In this document: positions 10,022 through 19,995 of the stretch, piece by piece
Numbering within the stretch: position 1 is the first letter of the stretch
Layout: each line of letters begins with the position of its first letter
Assembly (NCBI GenBank): GCA_040222015.1
Contig: JAVJWO010000012.1
Location: 1-52,790, forward strand
Length of the DNA: 52,790 nt
Source: Coleofasciculus chthonoplastes F2-STO-03
GTDB lineage: Bacteria > Cyanobacteriota > Cyanobacteriia > Cyanobacteriales > Coleofasciculaceae
Direction: 5' to 3'
Made by a program: the position numbers and the translations under genes
Notes under the pieces: model-generated
The model's database searches: none
Seen by the model: the letters and a program-made list of their open reading frames with translations, nothing else
What the model was told of the DNA's origin: nothing

Positions 10022-11062
10022 ATGACATTAATCCTAGCAGGAGATATCGGCGGGACTAAAACGATTTTGCGACTGGTGGAGGATTCAGACTCGGAATCCT
10101 TGTCGGTTCTCCATGAAGCCCGTTATCCTAGCCGTGATTTCCCTGACTTAGTACCGATCGTCCAAACGTTTCTATCAGAAGCCGGACAGAAGCTTCAGCG
10201 GAAACTGACCATTGATAAAGCCTGTTTTGCGATCGCAGGTCCTGTGGTCAACGATACCTCTAACTTGACCAATTTGGCGTGGGTACTGGACGCCAGACGC
10301 TTAGAGGAGGAACTCGCGATCGCTAAAATCACTCTGCTCAATGATTTTGCGGCGGTTGGCTACGGGATTCTTGGTTTAGAGGCGGATGATTTATGTACGC
10401 TGCAACAGGTTCATCCTCAATCGGATACGCCAATTGCCGTAATTGGTGCAGGTACAGGGTTAGGACAAGGATTTCTGATTCAGAACCAGGACAGGTATCA
10501 AGTTTTCGCGTCCGAAGGCGGACATGGGGATTTTGCTCCCCGCACTGAACTGGAGTTCCAACTTTTACAATATTTACGCGAGAAGTACGATATCCAGCGC
10601 ATTTCCGCCGAACGAGTCGTTTCCGGTCAAGGAATTGTCGCCGTTTACCAGTTTTTGCGCGATCGCCAATTTTCCCACGAATCTCCAGATATTGCCCAAG
10701 TCGTTAGAACCTGGGAACGGGAAATGGGACGCAGTGAGAAAAGCGTTGATCCGGCTGCGGAGATTTCTAAAGCCGCGTTGCAAAAGAGCGACCATCTCAG
10801 TGAACAGACCTTAAAAATGTTTGTGGAAGCATACGGTGCTGAAGCCGGGAATCTAGCACTCAAACTCTTACCCTACGGTGGGCTATATATTGCTGGCGGG
10901 ATTGCGGCTAAGATTTTGCCTTTGATGCAGGAGGGTAATTTTTTGCGAACCTTTACGGAAAAAGGTCGGGTCAGTCCCCTGCTGGAAAAGGTTCCGGTTC
11001 ATATTGTGACCAATCCCCAGGTTGGGCTAATTGGTGCAGCAATATGCGCCTCTCGATTGTAA
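10022..11062 (+). CDS. glk: Glucokinase
   Basis: GDIGGTK, AIAGPV, LLNDF, GAGTGLG, SEGGH and GGLYIAGGIA. Confidence 0.95.
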   Translation: MTLILAGDIGGTKTILRLVEDSDSESLSVLHEARYPSRDFPDLVPIVQTFLSEAGQKLQRKLTIDKACFAIAGPVVNDTSNLTNLAWVLDARRLEEELAIAKITLLNDFAAVGYGILGLEADDLCTLQQVHPQSDTPIAVIGAGTGLGQGFLIQNQDRYQVFASEGGHGDFAPRTELEFQLLQYLREKYDIQRISAERVVSGQGIVAVYQFLRDRQFSHESPDIAQVVRTWEREMGRSEKSVDPAAEISKAALQKSDHLSEQTLKMFVEAYGAEAGNLALKLLPYGGLYIAGGIAAKILPLMQEGNFLRTFTEKGRVSPLLEKVPVHIVTNPQVGLIGAAICASRL

Positions 11063-11453
11063 ATTGCTTGGAATGATTTTGGTTGTTGCGATCGCGGCGA
11101 AACCAGAGAAGCAGGAGAAGCCATGTAGAGACGTGCCATGGCGCGTCTTTGATCAGGGGAGACTTGTGGCACAACAGAGTTAAACTATTGTCAATCCTGA
11201 ACTTAGGTTGAATAGCACTGAAAAGCGTGCATTTTGGGAGCGCCAAAACCCTTAATCTACCGTAGGGTGGGTTGAGCGAAGTCGAAACCCACCAGCATAC
11301 CAGTCAGTGACATTCAACTTAGGTTAAAATCTAAGCCTGATCAGCAAACAATCTGTTATTCGAGAAAACAAACGTTTGACGATTAGTGTTTCACCTGAGA
11401 AAACAGGATAAATTGTACTTACAGTAGGCTTTAGGATAGCGACAGAAATAATC

Positions 11454-12008
11454 ATGAATCAGCGCGGTGTAACAATATGGTTCACGGGTCTAAGTGGTGC
11501 GGGTAAAACCACGATTACCCAAGCATTAGCCAAAACCTTGCAAGAGAAGGAGTGTAAGCTAGAAGTCTTAGATGGCGACATTGTGCGTCAGAATCTCACC
11601 AAAGGCTTGGGCTTTAGCAAAGAAGACCGCGACGAGAACATCCGTCGCATTGGTTTTGTGTCTCACCTACTGACCCGCAATGGTGTAATCGTTTTGGTAT
11701 CAGCTATCTCGCCCTACCGGGCAATTCGAGAAGAGGTACGCCAAAAAGTTGGTGATTTTCTAGAAGTTTATGTTAATGCTCCCCTGGCAACCTGTGAAAA
11801 ACGAGATGTCAAGGGATTATATAAACGCGCCCGCGCTGGAGAAATTCTAGGGTTTACCGGAATTGACGATCCTTACGAACCGCCACTTAACCCAGAAGTA
11901 GAATGCCGCACTGATCAGGAGGAGTTATCGGAGAGTGTCGCCAAAGTGCTACAAAAACTGGAAGAATTAGGTTATCTGCCAAAGCAGCTTGCGGTAGAAG
12001 GCGCTTAG
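11454..12008 (+). CDS. cysC: Adenylyl-sulfate kinase
   Basis: WFTGLSGAGKTT, LDGD, DRDENIRR, RDVKGLY and FTGIDDPYE. Confidence 0.97.
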   Translation: MNQRGVTIWFTGLSGAGKTTITQALAKTLQEKECKLEVLDGDIVRQNLTKGLGFSKEDRDENIRRIGFVSHLLTRNGVIVLVSAISPYRAIREEVRQKVGDFLEVYVNAPLATCEKRDVKGLYKRARAGEILGFTGIDDPYEPPLNPEVECRTDQEELSESVAKVLQKLEELGYLPKQLAVEGA

Positions 12009-12103
12009 AGATTGCTACGTCAGTCCAGTAATCCCAATCAGCCCTCTCAAGACGCTAACAATTAACCTAACAGTTAAACCGTGGGGAAGAGGGAGAGTTT
12101 TGT

Positions 12104-12167
12104 GTAGGGGCGGGTTTCACGATTATCGTTTTTTATCTCATCCCAAGGTAACTAAACCCGCCCCGAC
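12104..12167. repeat. REP-like GTAGGGGCGGGTTT...AAACCCGCCCC palindrome
   Basis: Same arms as the 4236 and 4442 copies. Confidence 0.85.
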
Positions 12168-12242
12168 CGAATAGTCTGTTACGTCTGGAATTCCTTTTTT
12201 CCTTGTCTCCCTGCACAGCCGTATCCCAGCTCCCCCTTTTCT

Positions 12243-12632
12243 ATGAAACTCATGATGACTCGGATTTTTTTAGGTGTTGGCGCCCTGTTCGGCGGTTTAT
12301 CTGTCGCCGCTGGAGCCTTTGCTTCTCATGCTTTGAGAGAAAAACTGAGTGAACGGGCGTTGGACATTTTTGAAACGGGTAGTCGTTATCAAATTTATCA
12401 TTCCATAGCGTTGCTCATTGTGGCATTGCTGCTTTCTCGTGCTGAAACTGCCTCCTCTCCCCTCATCGCTGCTGGAATCGCTTTTATTGTGGGCATCGCT
12501 ATTTTTTCCGGCAGTCTATACGCCCTGAGTTTAAGTGGCATTAAATGGCTGGGTGCAATTACTCCATTGGGGGGAGTCGCTTTTATTCTGGGATGGGGAT
12601 GTTTAGCGATCGCGGCGTGGAATTTTAAATAA
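12243..12632 (+). CDS. DUF423 family membrane protein
   Basis: GAFASHAL, FETGSRYQIYH, FSGSLY and GAITPLGG. Confidence 0.9.
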   Translation: MKLMMTRIFLGVGALFGGLSVAAGAFASHALREKLSERALDIFETGSRYQIYHSIALLIVALLLSRAETASSPLIAAGIAFIVGIAIFSGSLYALSLSGIKWLGAITPLGGVAFILGWGCLAIAAWNFK

Positions 12633-12695
12633 CGAACCAGATTTTCAGAATAATCGTAAGCAGTCTATAACTATATCACATTCTGTGCTTATTTG

Positions 12696-13205
12696 TTATT
12701 TTCCATGAACGCAAGCCATCTTGTAAATTGGCTGAAAAGCCCTATGGTGACAACATTCCAACCGTAGAGGATTCGCTGCCCAACTTTTAAAATCAGGGGC
12801 TAGTCGAATCATCTTTTGCAAGATTGTATCATCGATCCACAAAACAAGTGGAAAAGGAAACTGTTTGCGAAACTCTTCACGCACCAGATTAGTCGCACTC
12901 AAGACTTGATCAACAGCAACCACCGAATCAAGACCAAAGACAACTACAGCCGGAGGTGGTGGTTCATCCACGGCTGTGCGTATTGCCGTAAACAGAGTAT
13001 CCACGGAGGGAGGCAGCATCACACCCTGAATAGGAAGTGCAGAGAATTCTTGTAACTGGTTTAATACGGATAGTGGTTGGGGTGAAAACTTGCAGCACAC
13101 CAAAATCAGGGCAAAATGACCTTGGGACATAATGATTGCTCTGGCAAGCTTTCTCAGGGATTGTCCGTTATTGGCGTTGAAAGCTTGTGCTTCTATATTA
13201 GTCAT
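12696..13205 (-). CDS. Hypothetical protein; stand-alone copy of the N-terminal domain seen on cyanobacterial STAND/WD40 or TPR proteins
   Basis: LRKLARAI.MSQGHFALILV...FGLDSV...NLVREEFRKQFPFPLVLW...LAPDFKSWA pattern, recalled from such N-termini. Confidence 0.6.
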   Translation of the reverse strand: MTNIEAQAFNANNGQSLRKLARAIIMSQGHFALILVCCKFSPQPLSVLNQLQEFSALPIQGVMLPPSVDTLFTAIRTAVDEPPPPAVVVFGLDSVVAVDQVLSATNLVREEFRKQFPFPLVLWIDDTILQKMIRLAPDFKSWAANPLRLECCHHRAFQPIYKMACVHGK

Positions 13206-14032
13206 AGGAAGATGCTGACAGTTTTTCCTAATTTGAATGCTTGGATTCTATCTAAGTTTTCCTTAGTAATTATTTGTATTTTTAAATAAAAAATTCATCC
13301 AACTTCCTAATTTCTAATAAATCTTAGGGGATGAGTGAGTATGAACCGATAGAGGACAACAAGGTGTCGGTCTCCCAATCCGTTCAATTGTAATAAAAAT
13401 TAACAATTCCATCCAGTTCAGATTTTCTGAGCTAGGGCGGACGTCTTTAGTGCAGCATGGCTCTAAATAGCTGACCAGCTAATCTCCCCAGTTCCCCCGC
13501 ACCTGGAACCCTCCTACTCCTTCTTGTTTCCCCCTCTTGTCACCCTCCTGAACCTTTCCACTCATTTAACGCCAAGTTTTGTTAACCTAGCCGATGGAGA
13601 TGAGTTCAGCCGTTTAAGGTTCTTGATCCCAAAACCTGCTGGGGAAATCATGAGGAAATGGGGGAGATCAGCTAAGATTCCTGACTTAAAGACAGTATTA
13701 CTCACAAAATACACCTTAAATGTGAAATTTTTGGGTAAGTCTTGGGAGTACCCCAGCCGGAAAATGTTGAAAAACTTAAAATATTATGCCAATTCGCCAT
13801 GTCATTGACCGACAATACAAAAATGTTTGTAGCCAAAAATACAAAAAGTTTCGGAGTAACGTTCCAAATCAGTCAGAGTCCCAAAACTCAAAACGACTCT
13901 CCCAGTCTTGATCCGACAGCCCATGGCGATAAGTCGCTTTGGCAACCTTTGCCTAACTCAGCGAGTCATTCCTGATCAGGAAGGTGTGTAGCCCGTCAAT
14001 AGAATAGTGATATCTCTAGATTTGCTCCTTTT

Positions 14033-15913
14033 ATGAAACAGTTGGTCAAAACATTATTTACAGCCTTTGCCAATGGGCTAGTTGCTTTTAGCCGTGCTTG
14101 TGGGCATCAGGCTTGGTTAATGTTTCTGTTTATCTTGGGCTTGTGCTTAGCCTTATGGCTGCCAACCCTAGCTTACGCTCAAACGCGGCTGAGTGATATC
14201 CAAGGAAATTGGGCGCAATCGTGTATTGAACAGTTAGCACAGCAGCAGATTATTCGTGGTTATCCAGATAACCGTTTTCAACCCAATGCCCCTGTAACTA
14301 GGGCTGAATTTGCCGCCATGCTAGGTAAAGCCTTTCCGGATGCGCCAGAGATACGCACGGGCGGAAAATTTGCCGATGTGCCAACTCGACACTGGGCAAG
14401 TCAGGCGATTCGTCAAGCTTATCAAACCGGATTTTTAGCGGGCTATCCGGGCGGACTATTCCAGCCCAATCAACCGATCCCCCGTGTGCAAGCTTTAGTC
14501 TCCTTAGCCAGTGGGTTGAAGTATGTTCCCCAGCAACCTGCTGTTGAAACCTTGACATCAGCATTTGAAGATGATATAGCGATTCCCAATTATTCCCAAG
14601 GCGCGATCGCAGCCGCTGTAGAAAACCAGCTTGTAGTTAATTATCCCAGCGTGCAAACCTTTAACCCGAACCAAAATGCAAGTCGGGCTGAAATTGCCGC
14701 TTTTTTGTGCCAAGCGACTCAAACCGCTGAGTTGATCCCCTCCCAGTACATTGCCAAAGTCGAGACTCAAGTCCCCAATTCGGCTCAAGCTGAGTTACGC
14801 GGCGTGTGGCTGACAAATATTGATAGCCAAGTCTTATTTTCCACGCAAGGCATTACCGACGCCATTCAACGCCTAGACAAACTCAACTTCAACACCGTCT
14901 ATCCTACCGTTTGGAATTGGGGCTATACCCTCTACCCTAGTCAAGTGGCTAAACGGGAAATTGGGCGGGGGGTAAGGCTAGTGACTCCCTTAGATGAATC
15001 CCTTGCTCCCAATCAGGGAACCCAAGGACGAGATATGCTCAAGGAAATCATCGAACAAGCCCATCAAAAGGATATGAGGGTGATTCCCTGGTTTGAATTT
15101 GGATTTATGGCACCAGCTGACTCGGAGTTAGCCAAACGTCATCCTGATTGGCTGACGCAAAATCGCCAAGGTGTGAAGATTAAACAAGAAGGAAGTCACG
15201 ATCGCGTCTGGCTCAATCCCTTTCACCCTCAAGTACAGCAGTTTATCCAGGATTTAGTGATTGAGTTAGTCAACAACTATGACATTGATGGGATTCAATT
15301 CGACGATCATTTCGGCTTGCCCTTTGAGTTTGGTTATGATCCCTTAACAGTTAAGCTCTATCAACAAGAGCATCAAGGTCAATCACCCCCCAGTGATCCC
15401 AAAAACCCAGAATGGGTGCGCTGGCGGGCAAACAAAATTACAGATTACTTAACCCAGCTTTTCCGAGCGATTAAAGCGCAAAAGTCGGATGTGATTATCT
15501 CCCTGTCTCCCAATCCTCAAGATTTTTCTTATGAATTCTTTCTTGCTGATTGGTATACCTGGGAACGCCGTGGCTTAGTCGAAGAATTGATTGTACAGAT
15601 TTATCGCAATGACTTTGATCGGTTTATTTCAGAACTCGAACAACCGGAAATGCAGGCGGCGCGACGTCATATTCCTGTGGGGATCGGTATTTTAGCGGGT
15701 TTAAAAAATAAGCCAATTTCGTTATTGCAAATTCAAATGCAAGTAGAAGCCGTGCGTCAGCGAGGATTTGCTGGGGTATCCTTCTTTTTCTACGAAACCC
15801 TGTGGAACAACGCTCCAGAACCCTCACCCCAGCGTCAGGAAGCGTTTCAGGCACTCTTCCCTCTACCTGCGCGATCGCCGGAAATTTCAGCCGATTGGGA
15901 CGTCTCGGATTAG
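14033..15913 (+). CDS. S-layer homology (SLH) domain + glycoside hydrolase family 10-like (GHL10/DUF187) protein
   Basis: Signal peptide; three SLH repeats (IRGYPDNRFQPNAPVTRAEFA); ELRGVWLTN, IPWFEFG, WLNPFHP and YDIDGIQFDDHF. Confidence 0.9.
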   Translation: MKQLVKTLFTAFANGLVAFSRACGHQAWLMFLFILGLCLALWLPTLAYAQTRLSDIQGNWAQSCIEQLAQQQIIRGYPDNRFQPNAPVTRAEFAAMLGKAFPDAPEIRTGGKFADVPTRHWASQAIRQAYQTGFLAGYPGGLFQPNQPIPRVQALVSLASGLKYVPQQPAVETLTSAFEDDIAIPNYSQGAIAAAVENQLVVNYPSVQTFNPNQNASRAEIAAFLCQATQTAELIPSQYIAKVETQVPNSAQAELRGVWLTNIDSQVLFSTQGITDAIQRLDKLNFNTVYPTVWNWGYTLYPSQVAKREIGRGVRLVTPLDESLAPNQGTQGRDMLKEIIEQAHQKDMRVIPWFEFGFMAPADSELAKRHPDWLTQNRQGVKIKQEGSHDRVWLNPFHPQVQQFIQDLVIELVNNYDIDGIQFDDHFGLPFEFGYDPLTVKLYQQEHQGQSPPSDPKNPEWVRWRANKITDYLTQLFRAIKAQKSDVIISLSPNPQDFSYEFFLADWYTWERRGLVEELIVQIYRNDFDRFISELEQPEMQAARRHIPVGIGILAGLKNKPISLLQIQMQVEAVRQRGFAGVSFFFYETLWNNAPEPSPQRQEAFQALFPLPARSPEISADWDVSD

Positions 15914-16015
15914 TATGAAGCGTCGGCTAGGGTTTGTCGGGGCGGGTAATAGGATTTCTGCTTGGCTATTGATGATATAACAGCTACCTTGGCAGGGAGA
16001 GGACATTCTTTACTA

Positions 16016-16064
16016 TTCCCTATTCCCTCTGTTCCCTATTCCCTATTCCCTATTCCCTGTTCCC
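16016..16064. repeat. STRR-type CCCTATT heptamer array overlapping the 3' end of the 16036 gene
   Basis: Tandem TTCCCTA units. Confidence 0.8.
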
Positions 16065-16503
16065 TCGAGGGATCAACGTTACTGCTTTCTAATTTAACCA
16101 CGGAACCAGAAGCATCCGTGCGATAGATCCAGCGGTGTTGCCCTTTGGCAACAGCCACTTGCCATCCAGATACAGGTATCTGCTGACAAGTGGCTTCTGC
16201 GTCAGCCAATTCTAGACAATTATCAGACCAGGTATGGGGTTGCACATCAACCAGGTCGAGTTTCGAGGAAGGCACTCGTGTATGCTCGGAGGCATGTTGC
16301 AAAACAATATGACCAATTGCCGTAGATAGCTGAGGATTCGCCTGAGAAGACTGATTCGTCATCCCTTTATTCTTGGGTGATAGATGACCCACACTAAAGG
16401 ACAAAATCAGAGTAAAAGCAATGGCTTGAAGAATTAGACGCGGTTGGATAGCGTTGTTTTGAAAGGTTGATGTTTCCGAGTTAGTTGGTTTAATCGTTTT
16501 CAT
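16036..16503 (-). CDS. Hypothetical exported protein with cyanobacterial TWxDxCL...C...GW...WxYRTD domain
   Basis: Hydrophobic segment followed by PHTWSDNCLEL...CQQIPVSGWQV...WIYRTDASG. Start placed at MKTIK. Confidence 0.65.
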   Translation of the reverse strand: MKTIKPTNSETSTFQNNAIQPRLILQAIAFTLILSFSVGHLSPKNKGMTNQSSQANPQLSTAIGHIVLQHASEHTRVPSSKLDLVDVQPHTWSDNCLELADAEATCQQIPVSGWQVAVAKGQHRWIYRTDASGSVVKLESSNVDPSREQGIGNRE

Positions 16504-17274
16504 CACAAATCTTACATAAGGGGGCTTGAGTTCGGATAGCGCACCAATCGGTAGATCGCAGCACCCCAATGCCGAGTTAGTCCGGAATCTAGCTGCTTAT
16601 TCCGGTTGCAGCATTTTAAAATCGATTGCTATAAAATTTTTAACGGGAACAAAGAAATATGTTGTTTGATTGGACGCTACCCAATGGCAACATCTACAGA
16701 ATCAAGTCAAACGTTGTTCTCTTCGCTTAACTCAATCCTTATAGTTTGTCAGTCTAGTCACTCGGCTTGACAGAGAATTGGCTTTCCTACAACTTTAAAC
16801 AGGGTGAGCTGCTAGAGTATAAGGGATCACAGAAGAGCAGGTATATTGTTTTGAGTAAGGGGTTCTATGGTTGAGCAAGTGATTAACAAGCTCTTTTTAG
16901 CTAGGCTTGAAGTTTATCCCTCAAGCTGAGGTTGTACCGTTCGTATTGTACCGTTCGTATCGGTCAGCGTTTGGTAGATGACTCTTGCTGTGTTTACCCT
17001 TAGCCGTTCTTAGTCATATATTATTTTAACTGATAAAACAATAAATTTCTAGCCGCCAAAGACCCAGATGCTTATAAACTAACTGTTATAAAGACTACGT
17101 TCGCGATGCACCCCCAGCCAATTTCTCCGGCAACCTTTGGCTGATCACAGCAAACCTCACCTACAATGATCCCCGTTCAGTCTTACTGATGCGTACTCCT
17201 CCCCTGCTCATGAAAGAAATGAGGAACCGGGCAAGTAATAGAAATTAGGTAAGTCTAATCGATAAGAAGAAATT

Positions 17275-17916
17275 ATGAGTACAACGGACGATGCACGGCA
17301 ATATGCACCTGCGACTCAACGCAACCGCGAACCGATTCTTCAGATTCTACGTCGCGTACTGCCTGCAAAAGGTACAGTTTTAGAAGTTGCTAGTGGCACA
17401 GGGGAACATGCTGTTTTCTTTGCCCCACGTCTAAAGCCGCGTCAATGGTTACCTTCTGATGCCAATCCTCTAATGCGTGCCAGTATTGCAGACTGGTCTG
17501 CTTACGAACCTGCTGATAATCTTTACCCACCCTTAGATATTGATGTGCAGACACCGAGTTGGTCTGTGGAGAAGGAAGCGCCTGTTGATTGGCAAACCTC
17601 ACCGTTGAAGGCGATAGTTAGCATTAATCTGATTCACATCGCCCCTTGGTCAGCTTGCTTGGGACTGATAGCCGGGGCAAGTCGTCTGCTTCCTTCAGGG
17701 GGCGTTCTCTATTTATATGGCCCGTTCAAGCGCAATGGACAGCATACTGCTGCTAGTAATGCTGCCTTTGATTCCTCGTTGCAGGCGTCCAATCCAGACT
17801 GGGGTGTGCGTGACCTTGAGGACATTGTGGCAATCGCCCAAGATCAGCATCTAGTTTTGGATCAAATCTACCCGATGCCTGCGAACAATCTTTCAGTCGT
17901 CTTTCATCATTCTTGA
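17275..17916 (+). CDS. DUF938 family SAM-dependent methyltransferase
   Basis: APATQRNREPIL, VLEVASGTGEH, WLPSD, LYGPF, SNAAFD, WGVRD and MPANN. Confidence 0.92.
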   Translation: MSTTDDARQYAPATQRNREPILQILRRVLPAKGTVLEVASGTGEHAVFFAPRLKPRQWLPSDANPLMRASIADWSAYEPADNLYPPLDIDVQTPSWSVEKEAPVDWQTSPLKAIVSINLIHIAPWSACLGLIAGASRLLPSGGVLYLYGPFKRNGQHTAASNAAFDSSLQASNPDWGVRDLEDIVAIAQDQHLVLDQIYPMPANNLSVVFHHS

Positions 17917-18521
17917 GCGGTTTGTGTTGCTTTCTCCAAAAGATTGGTACGAATACATCCGCTATACCAAGTCCAGTTTGGTTGAGAGTCTAAGGGATTG
18001 TATTGCGCCCAAATCTTGCCGCTATGGGTTTGATAAAAGTCTACAATCTCTGCTGTCGCCTCACCTCCCCAAGGCGCTTTTACTGTAATCGAGTCGCCTT
18101 TGTTAAACAGTTCGCCAGCTTCATTTGTCGCTTCTGTAACTGGAGGGGGTGGCGGTTTCTTTTCAACGGATTTGGCAGGGATAGGTTTGGGTTTAATGGC
18201 TAGATAGGGTTTTTTTTCTGCCGTTGGAGGATTGACTGGAGTAGAACTCTGAGTTGGCTCTTCGGGTTTTTTTTCTGCCGTTGGAGGATTGACTGGAGTA
18301 GAACTCTGAGTTGACTCGGCTTTTTCTTCTGTTGCTGGAGGACTGGCGGGAGCAGAACTCTGGGTTGACTCCTCAGTTGGAGGAGGATTAACCTCAGTGC
18401 TGTCCTGAGTTGATTCCTCAACTGTTTTCGTGGATTCAGATGTCTCTGACGTTTCAGGAACATTCGACGTCGAAGATTCGATATTGGTTTTTTTGCGGCT
18501 GGATTTTTTTTTGCGAGCCAT
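17907..18521 (-). CDS. Hypothetical protein: basic N-terminus, Pro/Glu/Thr-rich repeats, small aromatic C-terminal domain
   Basis: 204-aa ORF; exact 50-bp duplication at 18207-18256 and 18264-18313. Confidence 0.6.
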   Translation of the reverse strand: MARKKKSSRKKTNIESSTSNVPETSETSESTKTVEESTQDSTEVNPPPTEESTQSSAPASPPATEEKAESTQSSTPVNPPTAEKKPEEPTQSSTPVNPPTAEKKPYLAIKPKPIPAKSVEKKPPPPPVTEATNEAGELFNKGDSITVKAPWGGEATAEIVDFYQTHSGKIWAQYNPLDSQPNWTWYSGCIRTNLLEKATQTAQE

Positions 18522-19205
18522 AGCAGTCTGGTAGTTGTCAGCTTATTAGAACCTGAATTTTTCTGTCGGGGGGGTGGGGGTATTACCCCTCATCCCATCC
18601 TGGACAATTTGGGTTATTGTATACGTCTGGGGTGTATCTACATTTACCCCATAATACTCAGAGCTTCAGGAAATTCCATATATATATTGATCCTCTCGCT
18701 TTCCCATAGAGGAAGTCGTGGAAAGCAAAATTAGAGTTATTCTCAGGATTAAGGATATATCATCGCTGGCGCAGCCTGTCGTGAGGGTTCTACGACCGGA
18801 ACAGAGCAGGAGATTTCGCGATCGCCAATAGTTTGACCTTGGCGTTAGTATAGCATCGCTGTTGGTTCTCGTCTCAGGATGGCGTAATAGCGATATTTTG
18901 CACCATTGTCAGTAACTTCGCGTCACGCGAATGGGCTAAAAGCTCGCGTCCCGTTTAAACAGGTTTTAGCCTTTAATGCAGTAAGCTCGATTCTTACTTT
19001 AGCTTAAAGATAAGAAATTTATTTCCTGGCTGTATTTGAGTTGGCTGACAAAACACAGCATCGGCTTCATCGAACAGTCAAATCAGCACTCCAGCTTCGG
19101 GAGCATCAAAAATCGGTGGCGAATTTTTCTATGTCTCTCCGATATATTTGCTGGGATACACAAAATCTGTATTGTAGTATCTGTGCCACAATTGAGGAAT
19201 AGAGT

Positions 19206-19397
19206 ATTAATCCAACCAACGAACAAGCTCAAACCTGTTTGCGTGTCTGCCAGATGCTGTCTAACTGTTATCGGGACATTCAGCTATTCCGCTTTAATGC
19301 TCAAACTGGAGAAGTGTATATTTTCGCAGGTGAAGAACTGCAAATTATCGTGTCTCGTAATGGATTATGGAGGTTTTTGAATGAAGCCGAACTTTGA
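19206..19397 (+). CDS. Small DUF6888-like protein, missing from the ORF track; probable ATT start
   Basis: Reads INPTNEQAQTCLRVCQMLSNCYRDIQLFRFNAQTGEVYIFAGEELQIIVSRNGLWRFLNEAEL*, with GAGG upstream and overlap with the next gene's start. Confidence 0.7.
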   Translation: MNPTNEQAQTCLRVCQMLSNCYRDIQLFRFNAQTGEVYIFAGEELQIIVSRNGLWRFLNEAEL

Positions 19398-19995
19398 AGC
19401 GATGAGTACAGCCGAATTAAAAGTATACGTTCTGTCTCATCGAGATGACGATGAAGCGATTCGTAATCTGTTTAGTCGTCGTAATCCCCCAGATTCAGAG
19501 GCGACATGGTATGGACCAATGTCTACTCCTGATGGTTTACCCATTGAAGAGAATATCCGCATAGCTGAGGAAGCGATTCGGAAACGATCTGAAATAGATA
19601 GGGGTAATACTGAATATACTCATCAAACTATGACTCAAGTTACATCAGAAGAAATCGCCCAATATCGGGCTGAATTGGCAGATTATCCCGAAGTATTGGA
19701 AGCGTTGAATGTGATTGAGAAATGTGAGGGGAATTTAGAAGATGCGACATTAGTGTTGGCAAGACGAGCTAGAATAGAAGTTGTCAGAGCGCCTAAGCTG
19801 TTAGATGAATACGCTAAACAATTGCGGGACGTTCTCTGTCGAAAAGAATTCCGAGAAGATTTATTAAATAATTCATTTAATGTTGTCGTGGCATATTTAT
19901 TTATCAATCCCCCCACTATTCCTCTAGCCATGATAACTCCTGTTTTGATTTATGTGACTAAGAGAGGTCTGAATAAGTGGTGTGAAGATAGCTAG
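19381..19995 (+). CDS. DUF6887-like N-terminal domain fused to a second helical cyanobacterial domain (internal ATG at 19630)
   Basis: MKPNFEAMSTAELKVYVLSHRDDDEA... followed by MTQVTSEEIAQYRAELADYPE...CEGNLEDA...PVLIYV.K.G...C. Confidence 0.65.
   Translation: MKPNFEAMSTAELKVYVLSHRDDDEAIRNLFSRRNPPDSEATWYGPMSTPDGLPIEENIRIAEEAIRKRSEIDRGNTEYTHQTMTQVTSEEIAQYRAELADYPEVLEALNVIEKCEGNLEDATLVLARRARIEVVRAPKLLDEYAKQLRDVLCRKEFREDLLNNSFNVVVAYLFINPPTIPLAMITPVLIYVTKRGLNKWCEDS

Noticed and set aside
13524..13975. Two short ORFs upstream of the GHL10 gene
   Set aside because: TTG starts, no recognisable motifs; more likely promoter/leader DNA.
16932..16960. Tandem TTGTACCGTTCGTA x2 resembling a lox66/lox71 arm
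   Set aside because: Only 12 nt match, with no spacer or second inverted arm; a simple 14-bp tandem duplication.
19036..19380. 114-aa ORF in the track
   Set aside because: Overlaps the better-supported DUF6888-like frame (19206-19397) and has no recognisable motifs.
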